Of a stretch of 64,000 bases of DNA, positions 1 through 7,782 are shown piece by piece. The first letter of the stretch is position 1, and each line of letters starts with the position of its first letter. This DNA is from Eubacteriales bacterium. Its GTDB lineage: Bacteria; Bacillota; Clostridia; Oscillospirales; CAG-382. Location: NCBI GenBank assembly GCA_045544855.1, contig JAZPZV010000023.1, forward strand, positions 2,401 to 66,400, written 5' to 3'. A program made the position numbers and the translations under genes. The notes below the pieces were generated by a model. That model was given only the letters and a program-made list of their open reading frames with translations, was not told the origin of the DNA and searched no databases.

Positions 1-1
1 A

Positions 2-91
2 GGCACTTATGAAATAACGGCAGAGATTGACGAGTTTATAGCATTTGTAAAATTAGGCTCAGATGTAATTGAATGTTTTGAGTTAAAATAA
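2..91 (+). CDS. 3' end of a hypothetical protein (truncated by window start)
   Basis: Frame 2 is open from the window edge (GTYEITAEIDEFIAFVKLGSDVIECFELK) to TAA at 89-91; AT-rich like the next two genes. Confidence 0.5.
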   Translation, partial: GTYEITAEIDEFIAFVKLGSDVIECFELK

Positions 92-121
92 TGTAAATTC
101 ATATTTAAAGAGGTGATTATT

Positions 122-1018
122 ATGGTTAAAGAATTTTCAAAATATCTTTTCTGCTATTTTGTTGGTAATCATCCTCATGAAGAGCGTGTTCATTTTGCTA
201 TTTCAAAGGACGGATACAACTTTACTGCAGTTAATGAAAACAAGCCCATAATAATTCAGACTAAAGGGAAAAAATGTTGCCGAGACCCTTTTATCTTTCG
301 TGATAATGATGGCGTTTTTCATATAATCGCAACAGATATGAAAAGTGAAGAGGGTTGGGCAAACAACAACTCAATGGTTATGTGGGATAGTGTTGACCTT
401 GTACATTGGACAAACGAAAGAATAATTGATTTTTCAAACTTTGAAGAAACAAAAAATGCTAATAGAGTGTGGGCACCACAAGTCATATTTGATAAATTCA
501 AAAATGAATATATGGTTTATTGGACTCACAACAACGCGGACGATGACCTTGATACAATTACGTGGTACGCATATACAAAAGATTTTCATACCTTTACCAC
601 TCCACCACAAGTGCTTTTTAAGCCAAAAAGCGGAATGTGTGCCATTGATGCCGATATAATAGAGCATAATGGAAAGTATTATCTATATCAGGCAGACGGC
701 GAAAAAGAAGCAATTTGTTATTGCGTGGCAGACAGACCTGATGGTCCATATTATGAGCCTGATTCTAACAAGGTTTCGGTTGCTGATACCGCATTGGAGG
801 GCAACTGTATATACCGAATACTTGGTACAGATAAGTTTGTTATGATTGCTGACCAATTCCGAAAGGGTGGATATTTTATGCAGGAAACAACGGATTTGAT
901 GAATTTCAGTAAAGTCGATGAAAGCAGATTTTCCCTTAATCATCTGACCCCTCGCCACGGCTCTGTTCTTTATATTACCGAACAGGAATACAAGTTTTTG
1001 GAAATTTCAAAATTCTGA
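122..1018 (+). CDS. Glycoside hydrolase family 43 protein
   Basis: GH43 motifs RDPFI, WAPQV, IDADI, LEG and C-terminal RHG; no signal peptide; AGAGGTG RBS upstream of ATG 122 (ORF track starts at GTG 113); low GC. Confidence 0.85.
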   Translation: MVKEFSKYLFCYFVGNHPHEERVHFAISKDGYNFTAVNENKPIIIQTKGKKCCRDPFIFRDNDGVFHIIATDMKSEEGWANNNSMVMWDSVDLVHWTNERIIDFSNFEETKNANRVWAPQVIFDKFKNEYMVYWTHNNADDDLDTITWYAYTKDFHTFTTPPQVLFKPKSGMCAIDADIIEHNGKYYLYQADGEKEAICYCVADRPDGPYYEPDSNKVSVADTALEGNCIYRILGTDKFVMIADQFRKGGYFMQETTDLMNFSKVDESRFSLNHLTPRHGSVLYITEQEYKFLEISKF

Positions 1019-1034
1019 GCTGAATAATAAACTC

Positions 1035-1056
1035 GTCAAATTCCAATTTATCGAAC
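1035..1056. repeat. Boundary motif GTCAAATTCCAATTTATCGAAC (related copies: inverted 1120-1139, direct 1651-1672, core only 95-106)
   Basis: Direct reading: 1037-1056 vs reverse complement of 1120-1139 match 18/20; 1035-1056 vs 1651-1672 match 19/22. Confidence 0.8.
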
Positions 1057-1087
1057 TGAAACTTCAAAAGCAGCAGCCTGAAAACTA

Positions 1088-1117
1088 TTGCACTTCTCTT
1101 GGTATGGGTGGTATAAT
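1088..1117 (+). promoter_or_regulatory. SigA-type promoter (TTGCAC-N18-TATAAT, extended TGn -10) between inverted repeats
   Basis: TTGCAC 1088-1093, TG at 1109-1110, TATAAT 1112-1117. Confidence 0.6.
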
Positions 1118-1142
1118 TGGTTCGATAAATAAGAATTTGTAG

Positions 1143-1646
1143 GTGCGAATGATGAAAACTTTATATATGATTGGTGGCACTATGGGAATTGGAAAAACAA
1201 CTGTGTGCCAACAGCTCAAACAGGATTTACCGAATAGTGTATTTCTTGACGGAGATTGGTGTTGGGATGCAAGTCCGTTCCAAGTAACCGATGAAACAAA
1301 AGCAATGGTGACAAATAATATTTGTTATGTACTCAATAATTTTCTGAAGTGTTCTGCATACGAGAATATCATTTTTTGTTGGGTGATGCACGAGCAGAGT
1401 ATTATCAATTCTATACTTGAGAAGCTAGATACACAAAACTGTGAGGTGAAATGCGTCTCACTTGTAGCGAATGAAAAAACTCTGTGTGAAAGATTGGAAA
1501 TGGATGTAGAAAGAGGTATTCGTTCTGAAGATGTAATTGAGAGAAGCATAGCAAGAATACCGATGTACCAAGCACTCAATACCATTAAAATTGATACGAA
1601 CGCCAAAACTGTGGCTGTGATTGCCAATGAGATAAAGCAGTTGTAA
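1143..1646 (+). CDS. AAA-family / P-loop nucleotide kinase-like protein
   Basis: N-terminal Walker A GGTMGIGKTT, FLDGDWCW motif, 167 aa small-kinase size; low GC; start may be ATG 1149 or 1152. Confidence 0.8.
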   Translation: MRMMKTLYMIGGTMGIGKTTVCQQLKQDLPNSVFLDGDWCWDASPFQVTDETKAMVTNNICYVLNNFLKCSAYENIIFCWVMHEQSIINSILEKLDTQNCEVKCVSLVANEKTLCERLEMDVERGIRSEDVIERSIARIPMYQALNTIKIDTNAKTVAVIANEIKQL

Positions 1647-1677
1647 TACTGTCAAATTCCAATAGGTCGAACAGATA

Positions 1678-1710
1678 AGAGCAGATGGGGAACCCACCTG
1701 CTCTCTCTTT
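1678..1710. terminator. Intrinsic terminator between the convergent kinase and cotJC genes
   Basis: AGAGCAG-atggggaacccac-CTGCTCT hairpin followed by a pyrimidine/T run. Confidence 0.55.
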
Positions 1711-1717
1711 TGTGCGT

Positions 1718-2317
1718 TTATCTCTTATCAAAGCTGGGGTTATAGGCGTAGAAATTCTTGTAGTCCAGGTCGTCCTGGATCATGCGCATACATTCCCCAA
1801 AGCGCTGGAAGTGGACGATCTCACGCTCGCGAAGGAAGCGGATGGGATCACGGACGTCGGCATCATCGCAGAAGCGCAGGATGTTGTCGTAGGTGGTGCG
1901 TGCCTTCTGCTCCGCCCCCATGTCCTCGGAGATGTCGGTGATGGGGTCGCCCTTGGATTGGAGATAGGCCGCGGTGAAGGGTACGCCTGCGGCGGAAACG
2001 GGGTAGATCCCCGTGGTGTGATCCACGAAATAGGCGTCAAAGCCGGACTTTTGGATCTCCTCCATGGTGAGGTTGCGGGTGAGCTGGTACACGATGGCAC
2101 CGATCATTTCCAGATGCGCCAGCTCCTCCGTGCCGATGTCCGTGAGAGCGCCGATAACGTTCTTGTTAGGCATGGAATACCGTTGGGAGAGATAGCGCAG
2201 GGAAGCGCCCAACTCACCGTCGGGGCCGCCGAACTGGGTGATGATCAGCTTTGCCAGGGCGGGGTTGGGGTTCTTGATATTCACGGGGTATTGCAGTTTT
2301 TTCTCGTATGACCACAT
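1718..2317 (-). CDS. cotJC: Spore coat protein CotJC (manganese catalase family)
   Basis: Starts MWSYEKKLQYPV; GGPDGELGA, GTEELAHLE and REIVHFQRF dimanganese catalase motifs; downstream of cotJA/cotJB. Confidence 0.93.
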   Translation of the reverse strand: MWSYEKKLQYPVNIKNPNPALAKLIITQFGGPDGELGASLRYLSQRYSMPNKNVIGALTDIGTEELAHLEMIGAIVYQLTRNLTMEEIQKSGFDAYFVDHTTGIYPVSAAGVPFTAAYLQSKGDPITDISEDMGAEQKARTTYDNILRFCDDADVRDPIRFLREREIVHFQRFGECMRMIQDDLDYKNFYAYNPSFDKR

Positions 2318-2318
2318 A

Positions 2319-2618
2319 TCAGTTGCCTCCTTTCCACGGGCGGGCGTTTTCACCGGGAGAACATCCGCAATTTTGCCATGGCCAGGGGTGCTCCGTCCAG
2401 GTCCAGCGGTCGCTGTTGACGCCGAAGGAAGTGAGAGGTCCGTGGTTCTTTTCAAAGGCGGTGCAAAGCTCGTCGAGCTTCTTTTTGTACGTCTTGTAGA
2501 GGGATAACGCCTTGCGGTTGTCGGGGTGGGTGTCCAGATACAGCACCAGCTCGTGGAGGGCAAAGCCGGTCTCACGGATCTGTTGCAGGGCGGTTTCGTA
2601 GGCAGTCACGTTGTTCAT
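2319..2618 (-). CDS. cotJB: Spore coat protein CotJB
   Basis: LYLDTHP and W-x-W-x-x-x-PWPW motifs. Confidence 0.92.
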   Translation of the reverse strand: MNNVTAYETALQQIRETGFALHELVLYLDTHPDNRKALSLYKTYKKKLDELCTAFEKNHGPLTSFGVNSDRWTWTEHPWPWQNCGCSPGENARPWKGGN

Positions 2619-2809
2619 CGGTGCTTACCTCCTACGAAGGGGAAGTTCAGCGAGCGGAACAGGGTGCCGTTTTTCAGGGCTTCGTCCTCGCCGTAGAGGT
2701 TTTCGAAGGGCTGGTTGGGCACGTAGGACATGGCAAGGGAAATTTTGGCGGGGAACATGCTTTCTTCAAAAGCCATCATGTCCGCCACAAATTGGTCCAA
2801 GGGTTCCAA
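2615..2809 (-). CDS. cotJA: Spore coat associated protein CotJA
   Basis: LAMSYVPNQ...EAL..GTLF..L..PF motif; first gene of cotJABC; start uncertain. Confidence 0.88.
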   Translation of the reverse strand: MEPLDQFVADMMAFEESMFPAKISLAMSYVPNQPFENLYGEDEALKNGTLFRSLNFPFVGGKHR

Positions 2810-2860
2810 AGGGAAGCCTCCTTTTTTATTTTAGGGCAGACGATGGTCCTGCCCATTGAC

Positions 2861-2888
2861 AGGGTATGAAGGATGGCGAAAAATGGTG
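2861..2888 (-). promoter_or_regulatory. Putative mother-cell (sigmaK-like) promoter of cotJABC
   Basis: Minus strand CACC-N16-CATACCCT fits the mACm-N16-CATAnnnT consensus; upstream of a coat operon. Confidence 0.55.
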
Positions 2889-3000
2889 AAAAGGCGGCAA
2901 CAAGAGACGAAGAATCCTCATTTATTTTATATGAAAACTTGCAAAACGATGGGGAATATGGTATACTATACGTGCAAGCAAGATAAAGGAGGCGGAGAAT

Positions 3001-3606
3001 ATGGTTTTGGAAAACAAGCTGGGCATTACCGATGCTCCCGCGCTGGCGGAAGCAGAGGAGAAGATCAGCAAAAAGAAGGCGGCAGAGCTTTTTGAAGGGG
3101 GGCTTCTTAGCAACTTGGAAGCCGGTACGTTTGCTTCCTTGCAGGCCATCCATCGCTACCTTTTCGGGGAGATCTACCCCTTTGCGGGAAAACTCCGCAC
3201 CGTGAACATGGCAAAGGGCAACTTCCGTTTCGCACCTGTGATGTATCTGGAGGCGGCACTTGCCAACATCGACAAGATGCCACAGTCCACTTTTGATGAA
3301 ATCGTGGAGAAATACGTGGAAATGAATATCGCCCATCCTTTCCGTGAGGGTAACGGCAGAAGCACACGCATCTGGCTGGATTGCATTTTCAAAAAGGAGA
3401 TCGGCAAGGTGGTGGATTGGAGCAAGGTGGACAAAGAGGACTACCTGCTTGCAATGGAGCGCAGTCCCATTAGGGATATCGAGATCAAGCATATCCTGAA
3501 AAACGCCCTTACCTCCGACGTGGACAGTCGCGAGGTTTACATGAAGGGCATCGATCACAGCTACTACTATGAGGGATACGCTACCTTTAAGACGGAAGAA
3601 TTGTGA
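3001..3606 (+). CDS. fic: Fic protein, class III (NmFic-like adenylyltransferase)
   Basis: Canonical HPFREGNGRSTR motif and C-terminal inhibitory SYYYEG motif; AAGGAGG RBS; TTGCAA-N17-TATACT promoter at about 2939-2967. Confidence 0.92.
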   Translation: MVLENKLGITDAPALAEAEEKISKKKAAELFEGGLLSNLEAGTFASLQAIHRYLFGEIYPFAGKLRTVNMAKGNFRFAPVMYLEAALANIDKMPQSTFDEIVEKYVEMNIAHPFREGNGRSTRIWLDCIFKKEIGKVVDWSKVDKEDYLLAMERSPIRDIEIKHILKNALTSDVDSREVYMKGIDHSYYYEGYATFKTEEL

Positions 3607-3615
3607 GGTGCAGAG

Positions 3616-4701
3616 ATGCCGGAGGAAAAGAATTGGCAATTTGAGCTTGAAGAATATATCAAGCAGGGAGAGCCGAGTGCAATTGAAAAGAGCCGGGCGT
3701 GGCAGACCGCCATTGGCCTGCAAGCGGTTGATGGATTAAAGACCTCCGAATACTTGCTGGATACCGCCAAGGAGCATATCGAAGGAAACATCACCATTGA
3801 CGAGGCGCAGAACCGAATCCAAAGCTACTATGAGCAACGCACGGAGCGTACGCAAATAGAAGACGAGACCAAGGAAGCGGACATTGTTTCAACGAGAATC
3901 GCAAAGCTTTTGGGCGAAAGAGCCTTTCAGTTTTCCCCCGCCGGATGGCTGACCATTCATCGGAGATTGTTTGAGGGGGTCTTCCGTCACGCCGGGCAGA
4001 TTCGGCAGTACAACGTCACGAAAAAAGAGTGGATCCTGAACGGAGATACCGTCACCTATGCTGATTGGAACGGCATCCGCGACACTTTGGATTATGACTT
4101 TTCTGTGGAAAAACAGTTTTCCTACGAAGGCTTGTCGGTGGATGCGGCTGTAAAGCATTTGGCCAAGTTTGCATCGGATATCTGGCAGATCCACCCCTTT
4201 GGAGAGGGAAATACCCGAGCCACTGCCGTTTTTATGATCAAATACCTGAGGACCTTCGGCTTCACCGTGAACAACGAAGCGTTCGAGAAGAATTCTTGGT
4301 ACTTCCGCAATGCGTTGGTAAGGGCAAACTACAATAACCTGCAAAAAGGAATCCATTCCACGACGAAATACTTGGAGCTGTTTTTCGAAAACCTTCTGTT
4401 GGATGCGGGACACGACCTGAAGAATCGGTATCTGCACGTTGCTTATGTGGAGGGAAACGATTCCCAAAGTGCCAATTTCGAAATCCCAAAGTGCCAATTT
4501 GGCACTTTAGACTGCACTTTGGAAGAACTGGCGATCTTGGAGCTGATTGTAAAGAACCCTGCTGCCAAACAGCAAGAAGTGGCCGATGCATCCGGGAAAT
4601 CGCTTAGAACCATCAAACGTCTGATGAAATCCTTGCAGGAAAAGAACTATATCCGCCGGGAAAACGGCAAGCGTTACGGCAAATGGGAAGTTCTGGTCTG
4701 A
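3616..4701 (+). CDS. Fic family protein with N-terminal VbhA-like segment and C-terminal HTH
   Basis: HPFGEGNTRAT motif; N-terminal AWQTAIGLQAVDGL; C-terminal wHTH (QQEVADASGKSLRTIKRLMKSL...GKWEV). Confidence 0.88.
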   Translation: MPEEKNWQFELEEYIKQGEPSAIEKSRAWQTAIGLQAVDGLKTSEYLLDTAKEHIEGNITIDEAQNRIQSYYEQRTERTQIEDETKEADIVSTRIAKLLGERAFQFSPAGWLTIHRRLFEGVFRHAGQIRQYNVTKKEWILNGDTVTYADWNGIRDTLDYDFSVEKQFSYEGLSVDAAVKHLAKFASDIWQIHPFGEGNTRATAVFMIKYLRTFGFTVNNEAFEKNSWYFRNALVRANYNNLQKGIHSTTKYLELFFENLLLDAGHDLKNRYLHVAYVEGNDSQSANFEIPKCQFGTLDCTLEELAILELIVKNPAAKQQEVADASGKSLRTIKRLMKSLQEKNYIRRENGKRYGKWEVLV

Positions 4702-4721
4702 CGCGAATCTTCACACAACAC

Positions 4722-4753
4722 AAAAAAGCACCCTTCAAGCGGAGGGTGCTTTT
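4722..4753. terminator. Bidirectional intrinsic terminator
   Basis: AAAAAAGCACCCT-tcaagcgg-AGGGTGCTTTT between convergent genes. Confidence 0.75.
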
Positions 4754-4772
4754 CAATTGCTTTTTGGGATTT

Positions 4773-6152
4773 TTATTCCGCTTCCTTCAAAGGCTTGATC
4801 TTTTTGCGGTAAATGCGGATAAACAGCACGATGGTGGCGGCAAGGCTGACGAACTCTGCGATGACGAAGGCCCACCACACCAGATCCACGTTGCCTGCAA
4901 GGCTTAACAGATACGCCACGGGCAACAGCACCAAAAGCTGTCTGCTTAAGGAGACGATGGTGGAATAGAACCCGTTCCCCAGCGCCTGGAAGGAGGCGGA
5001 CAAGGCGATGGCCACCGCCGCAATGGGGAAGGACCAGGAAATGACCCGCAAGGCCACGCGGCCGATGGTCAAGAACTCATCCGTCAGGTTAAACAGCCCC
5101 AACAGGAAGTCCGGCGCAAGCTGGAAGGTGAGCCAGCCCGCAAACATGACCCCCAAGGCGATGCCGCAGGTAAGCTTCAGGGTGCGGGTAATGCGGGAGG
5201 GCTTGCGGTAGCCGTAGTTGAAGGCCACGATGGAGATGCAGGCGTTGTTCATGCCGAACAGGGGCATAAAGAAGAAGCTCTGGATCTTGTAGTAGATGCC
5301 GAAGACCCCCGTTGCCGTCTCGGAAAAGCCCTGGAGAATACGGTTGATGCCGAAGTTCATCACGGCGCCGATGGCCATCATAATGGCAGAGGGGATACCG
5401 ATGGCAAGGATCTCCTTGACCAGATGCCACTTGGGCAGCAGGTAGGACAGGCGGAAATCCACGTCCTTGTTGCACTTCAAATTGAAGAACAGCGCCAGAA
5501 GTGCCGCCACCCACTGACCGATCACCGTTGCGATGGCCGCGCCTGCAATGCCCATTTCGGGGATGCCCAAGGCGGGAACGCCGAAGATGAAGATGGGGTC
5601 AAGAATGATGTTCAAAACGGCACCCGTGCCCTGGGTATACAGGGTATAGATGGTTCTGCCCGTGGCCTGGAGCATACGCTCAAACAGCACCTCGAACACG
5701 ATGCCCACGATGAAGATACAGCAGATCGCTACGTAGGTAGAGCCGCTTTCCACGGTAAAGGGCACGTCGGACTGCATTTCGAAGAAAGGCCTTGCACCGA
5801 AGAAGCCGAAAAGCATGAACAGCACCGTGACCACGGCGGAAAGGAAAATGCCGTTCCCCGCTACGCGGCTGCCCCGCTCCCTGTCTCCTTCCCCCAAAAA
5901 GCGGGAAAGCAGAGCGTTCACGCCCACGCCCACGCCGGTGGCAAAGCCGATCTGCAGGTTCTGGATGGGGAATGCCAGGGAGAGGGCTGTGGAAGCCTCG
6001 GGGTTGTATTGGGTGACGTACATGCTGTCCACAATATTGTAGAGGGCCTGCACCAGCATGGAGGTGATGAGAGGCCACGCCATGTTCAGAAGGAGCTTGC
6101 CTTCCGACATCACCGCCATTTTGTTATCGTTTTTGGAAATGGTCTTGGTCAT
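4773..6152 (-). CDS. MATE family efflux transporter
   Basis: About 12 TM helices; LYNIVDS, NIILDPIFIFG, GAAIATVIG and FNYG motifs. Confidence 0.92.
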   Translation of the reverse strand: MTKTISKNDNKMAVMSEGKLLLNMAWPLITSMLVQALYNIVDSMYVTQYNPEASTALSLAFPIQNLQIGFATGVGVGVNALLSRFLGEGDRERGSRVAGNGIFLSAVVTVLFMLFGFFGARPFFEMQSDVPFTVESGSTYVAICCIFIVGIVFEVLFERMLQATGRTIYTLYTQGTGAVLNIILDPIFIFGVPALGIPEMGIAGAAIATVIGQWVAALLALFFNLKCNKDVDFRLSYLLPKWHLVKEILAIGIPSAIMMAIGAVMNFGINRILQGFSETATGVFGIYYKIQSFFFMPLFGMNNACISIVAFNYGYRKPSRITRTLKLTCGIALGVMFAGWLTFQLAPDFLLGLFNLTDEFLTIGRVALRVISWSFPIAAVAIALSASFQALGNGFYSTIVSLSRQLLVLLPVAYLLSLAGNVDLVWWAFVIAEFVSLAATIVLFIRIYRKKIKPLKEAE

Positions 6153-6176
6153 AAAACGTCCTTTTTGGGGGAGAGC

Positions 6177-6527
6177 TTAACGAAGATCTGCGGTGGCTAC
6201 CAGATTGGCGCCGAAAAGGTCTGCCAGCAATACGTCCCCGATCTTCACACCGTCGGGAGCGATGACGCCGTTTACCTGCTCCATGGCGGCAAACAGGCTT
6301 CCCTTGGGGATGGGTCTGTCCGTCTTCACGGGCAACAGCTTCCCGCTTGCCGTCTTCACGGTGGTGGTGAGGGTGCGTACAGGGTGCAGCAGCTCGTTTT
6401 TTGCGTAGGGAACGCCCCGGGGGCAGGTGTTGCCCTCCACAGAGAGGATCTCGCCCTCCTGGTTTTGGGTGACGGTGAGGGTACAGCCCATGGGGCAGAC
6501 GATACAAGTCAGTTCGGTTGTCTTCAT
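6177..6527 (-). CDS. DUF1667 domain-containing protein
   Basis: CIVCPMGC...GNTCPRG motif, typical third gene of this oxidoreductase cluster. Confidence 0.85.
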   Translation of the reverse strand: MKTTELTCIVCPMGCTLTVTQNQEGEILSVEGNTCPRGVPYAKNELLHPVRTLTTTVKTASGKLLPVKTDRPIPKGSLFAAMEQVNGVIAPDGVKIGDVLLADLFGANLVATADLR

Positions 6528-6540
6528 GGTTGTCCTCCGA

Positions 6541-7782
6541 TTATTCTACGCAAACCGTCAGATCCCCGTTTGCCTCCGAAAGCAGGGCGGGGGAGAGACG
6601 GACGGATTCCATTTCGCCGGGGGTCATACGGCGCTTTTTCTTGGTGAGAAGCAGATTGTCCCCGCATTTTACGGTGAGCAGGGCGCTGTCCGCCACGCTT
6701 CCCACGCGGAAGAACAGGGTGACCTCCTCCTTTGCGCTGTCGATGCGCTGGGGGACGGTGTAACGCACCTTCCCCGCGGGCTTGACGGCCAGGGCGATCT
6801 CCTTGGCGGGAGCGTTCCCCTTGATATATGCCGCGGCGGCGTTGCCTGCCAAAGCGGCCTCCTCGGAAACGAAGTCCACCAGATCGTGTACGTGCAACAC
6901 GTTGCCACAGGCAAACACGCCCTCCAAGGCGGTTTCACGGTTCTGGTTCACGGTGGCACCGCCGGTGATGCCGTCTAAGGGGATGCCCGCAGACTTGGTC
7001 AGCTCGTTTTCGGGGAGCAGACCGCAGGAAAGAAGCAGGGTGTCGCAGGGGATGTAGGTCTCCGTCTCGGGGATCACCTGCAAACGTTCATCCACCTTAG
7101 CGATGGAAACGCCGGTGACACGCTCTTTACCGTGAATGCGGGAGACGGTGTGGCTGAGATACAGGGGAATGTCAAAGTCGCGGAGACACTGCACGATGTT
7201 GCGGTTCAAACCGCCGGAATAGGGCATAAGCTCGCAAACTGCCTTTACCTTTGCCCCCTCCAAGGTCATACGCCGTGCCATGATCAGGCCGATGTCTCCC
7301 GAGCCCAGGATCACCACCTCTTTGCCGGGCATGTAGCCCTCCATGTTCACGAATCTCTGCGCCGTACCTGCGGTGAAGATCCCCGCGGGACGGGTGCCGG
7401 GAATGTTCAAAGCGCCTCTGGGACGTTCTCTGCACCCCATGGCCAGCACCACGGCGGTGGCCTCCAGGGTGAAGATGCCCATCTGCTTGTTCATGGCGGT
7501 GACGGTCTTGTCGGGGGATACGGAAAGCACCATGGTGCCGCAAAGAGATTCAATACCTCTTTCCCGCACCTGCTGTTCGTACCGTGCGGCGTATTCCGGG
7601 CCGGTAAGCTCCTCCCCAAAGCGGTGGAGCCCAAAGCCGTTGTGGATGCATTGCTGTAAGATACCGCCCAGGGAGGTATCACGCTCTAAAACGAGAATAT
7701 CCCGAATCCCGCTGTCGTAAGCGGCAACGGCGGCGGCAAGGCCCGCAGGACCTCCGCCGATGATCACCAATTCCTTTTTCAT
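6541..7782 (-). CDS. FAD/NAD(P)-dependent pyridine nucleotide-disulfide oxidoreductase
   Basis: GGGPAG Rossmann motif, QCIHNGFG, GSGDIG, FACGNVLHVHDLVD. Confidence 0.88.
   Translation of the reverse strand: MKKELVIIGGGPAGLAAAVAAYDSGIRDILVLERDTSLGGILQQCIHNGFGLHRFGEELTGPEYAARYEQQVRERGIESLCGTMVLSVSPDKTVTAMNKQMGIFTLEATAVVLAMGCRERPRGALNIPGTRPAGIFTAGTAQRFVNMEGYMPGKEVVILGSGDIGLIMARRMTLEGAKVKAVCELMPYSGGLNRNIVQCLRDFDIPLYLSHTVSRIHGKERVTGVSIAKVDERLQVIPETETYIPCDTLLLSCGLLPENELTKSAGIPLDGITGGATVNQNRETALEGVFACGNVLHVHDLVDFVSEEAALAGNAAAAYIKGNAPAKEIALAVKPAGKVRYTVPQRIDSAKEEVTLFFRVGSVADSALLTVKCGDNLLLTKKKRRMTPGEMESVRLSPALLSEANGDLTVCVE

Noticed and set aside
1685-2575. Plus-strand 208-aa ORF and the N-terminal extension of cotJC to 2575
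   Set aside because: The first is antisense to cotJC; the extension overlaps cotJB, and the family start MWSYEK at 2317 has its own RBS.
1-4701. Prophage, ICE or IS element at the left end
   Set aside because: No integrase, transposase, relaxase or phage structural gene is visible, and the core cotJ operon separates the two lower-GC patches.
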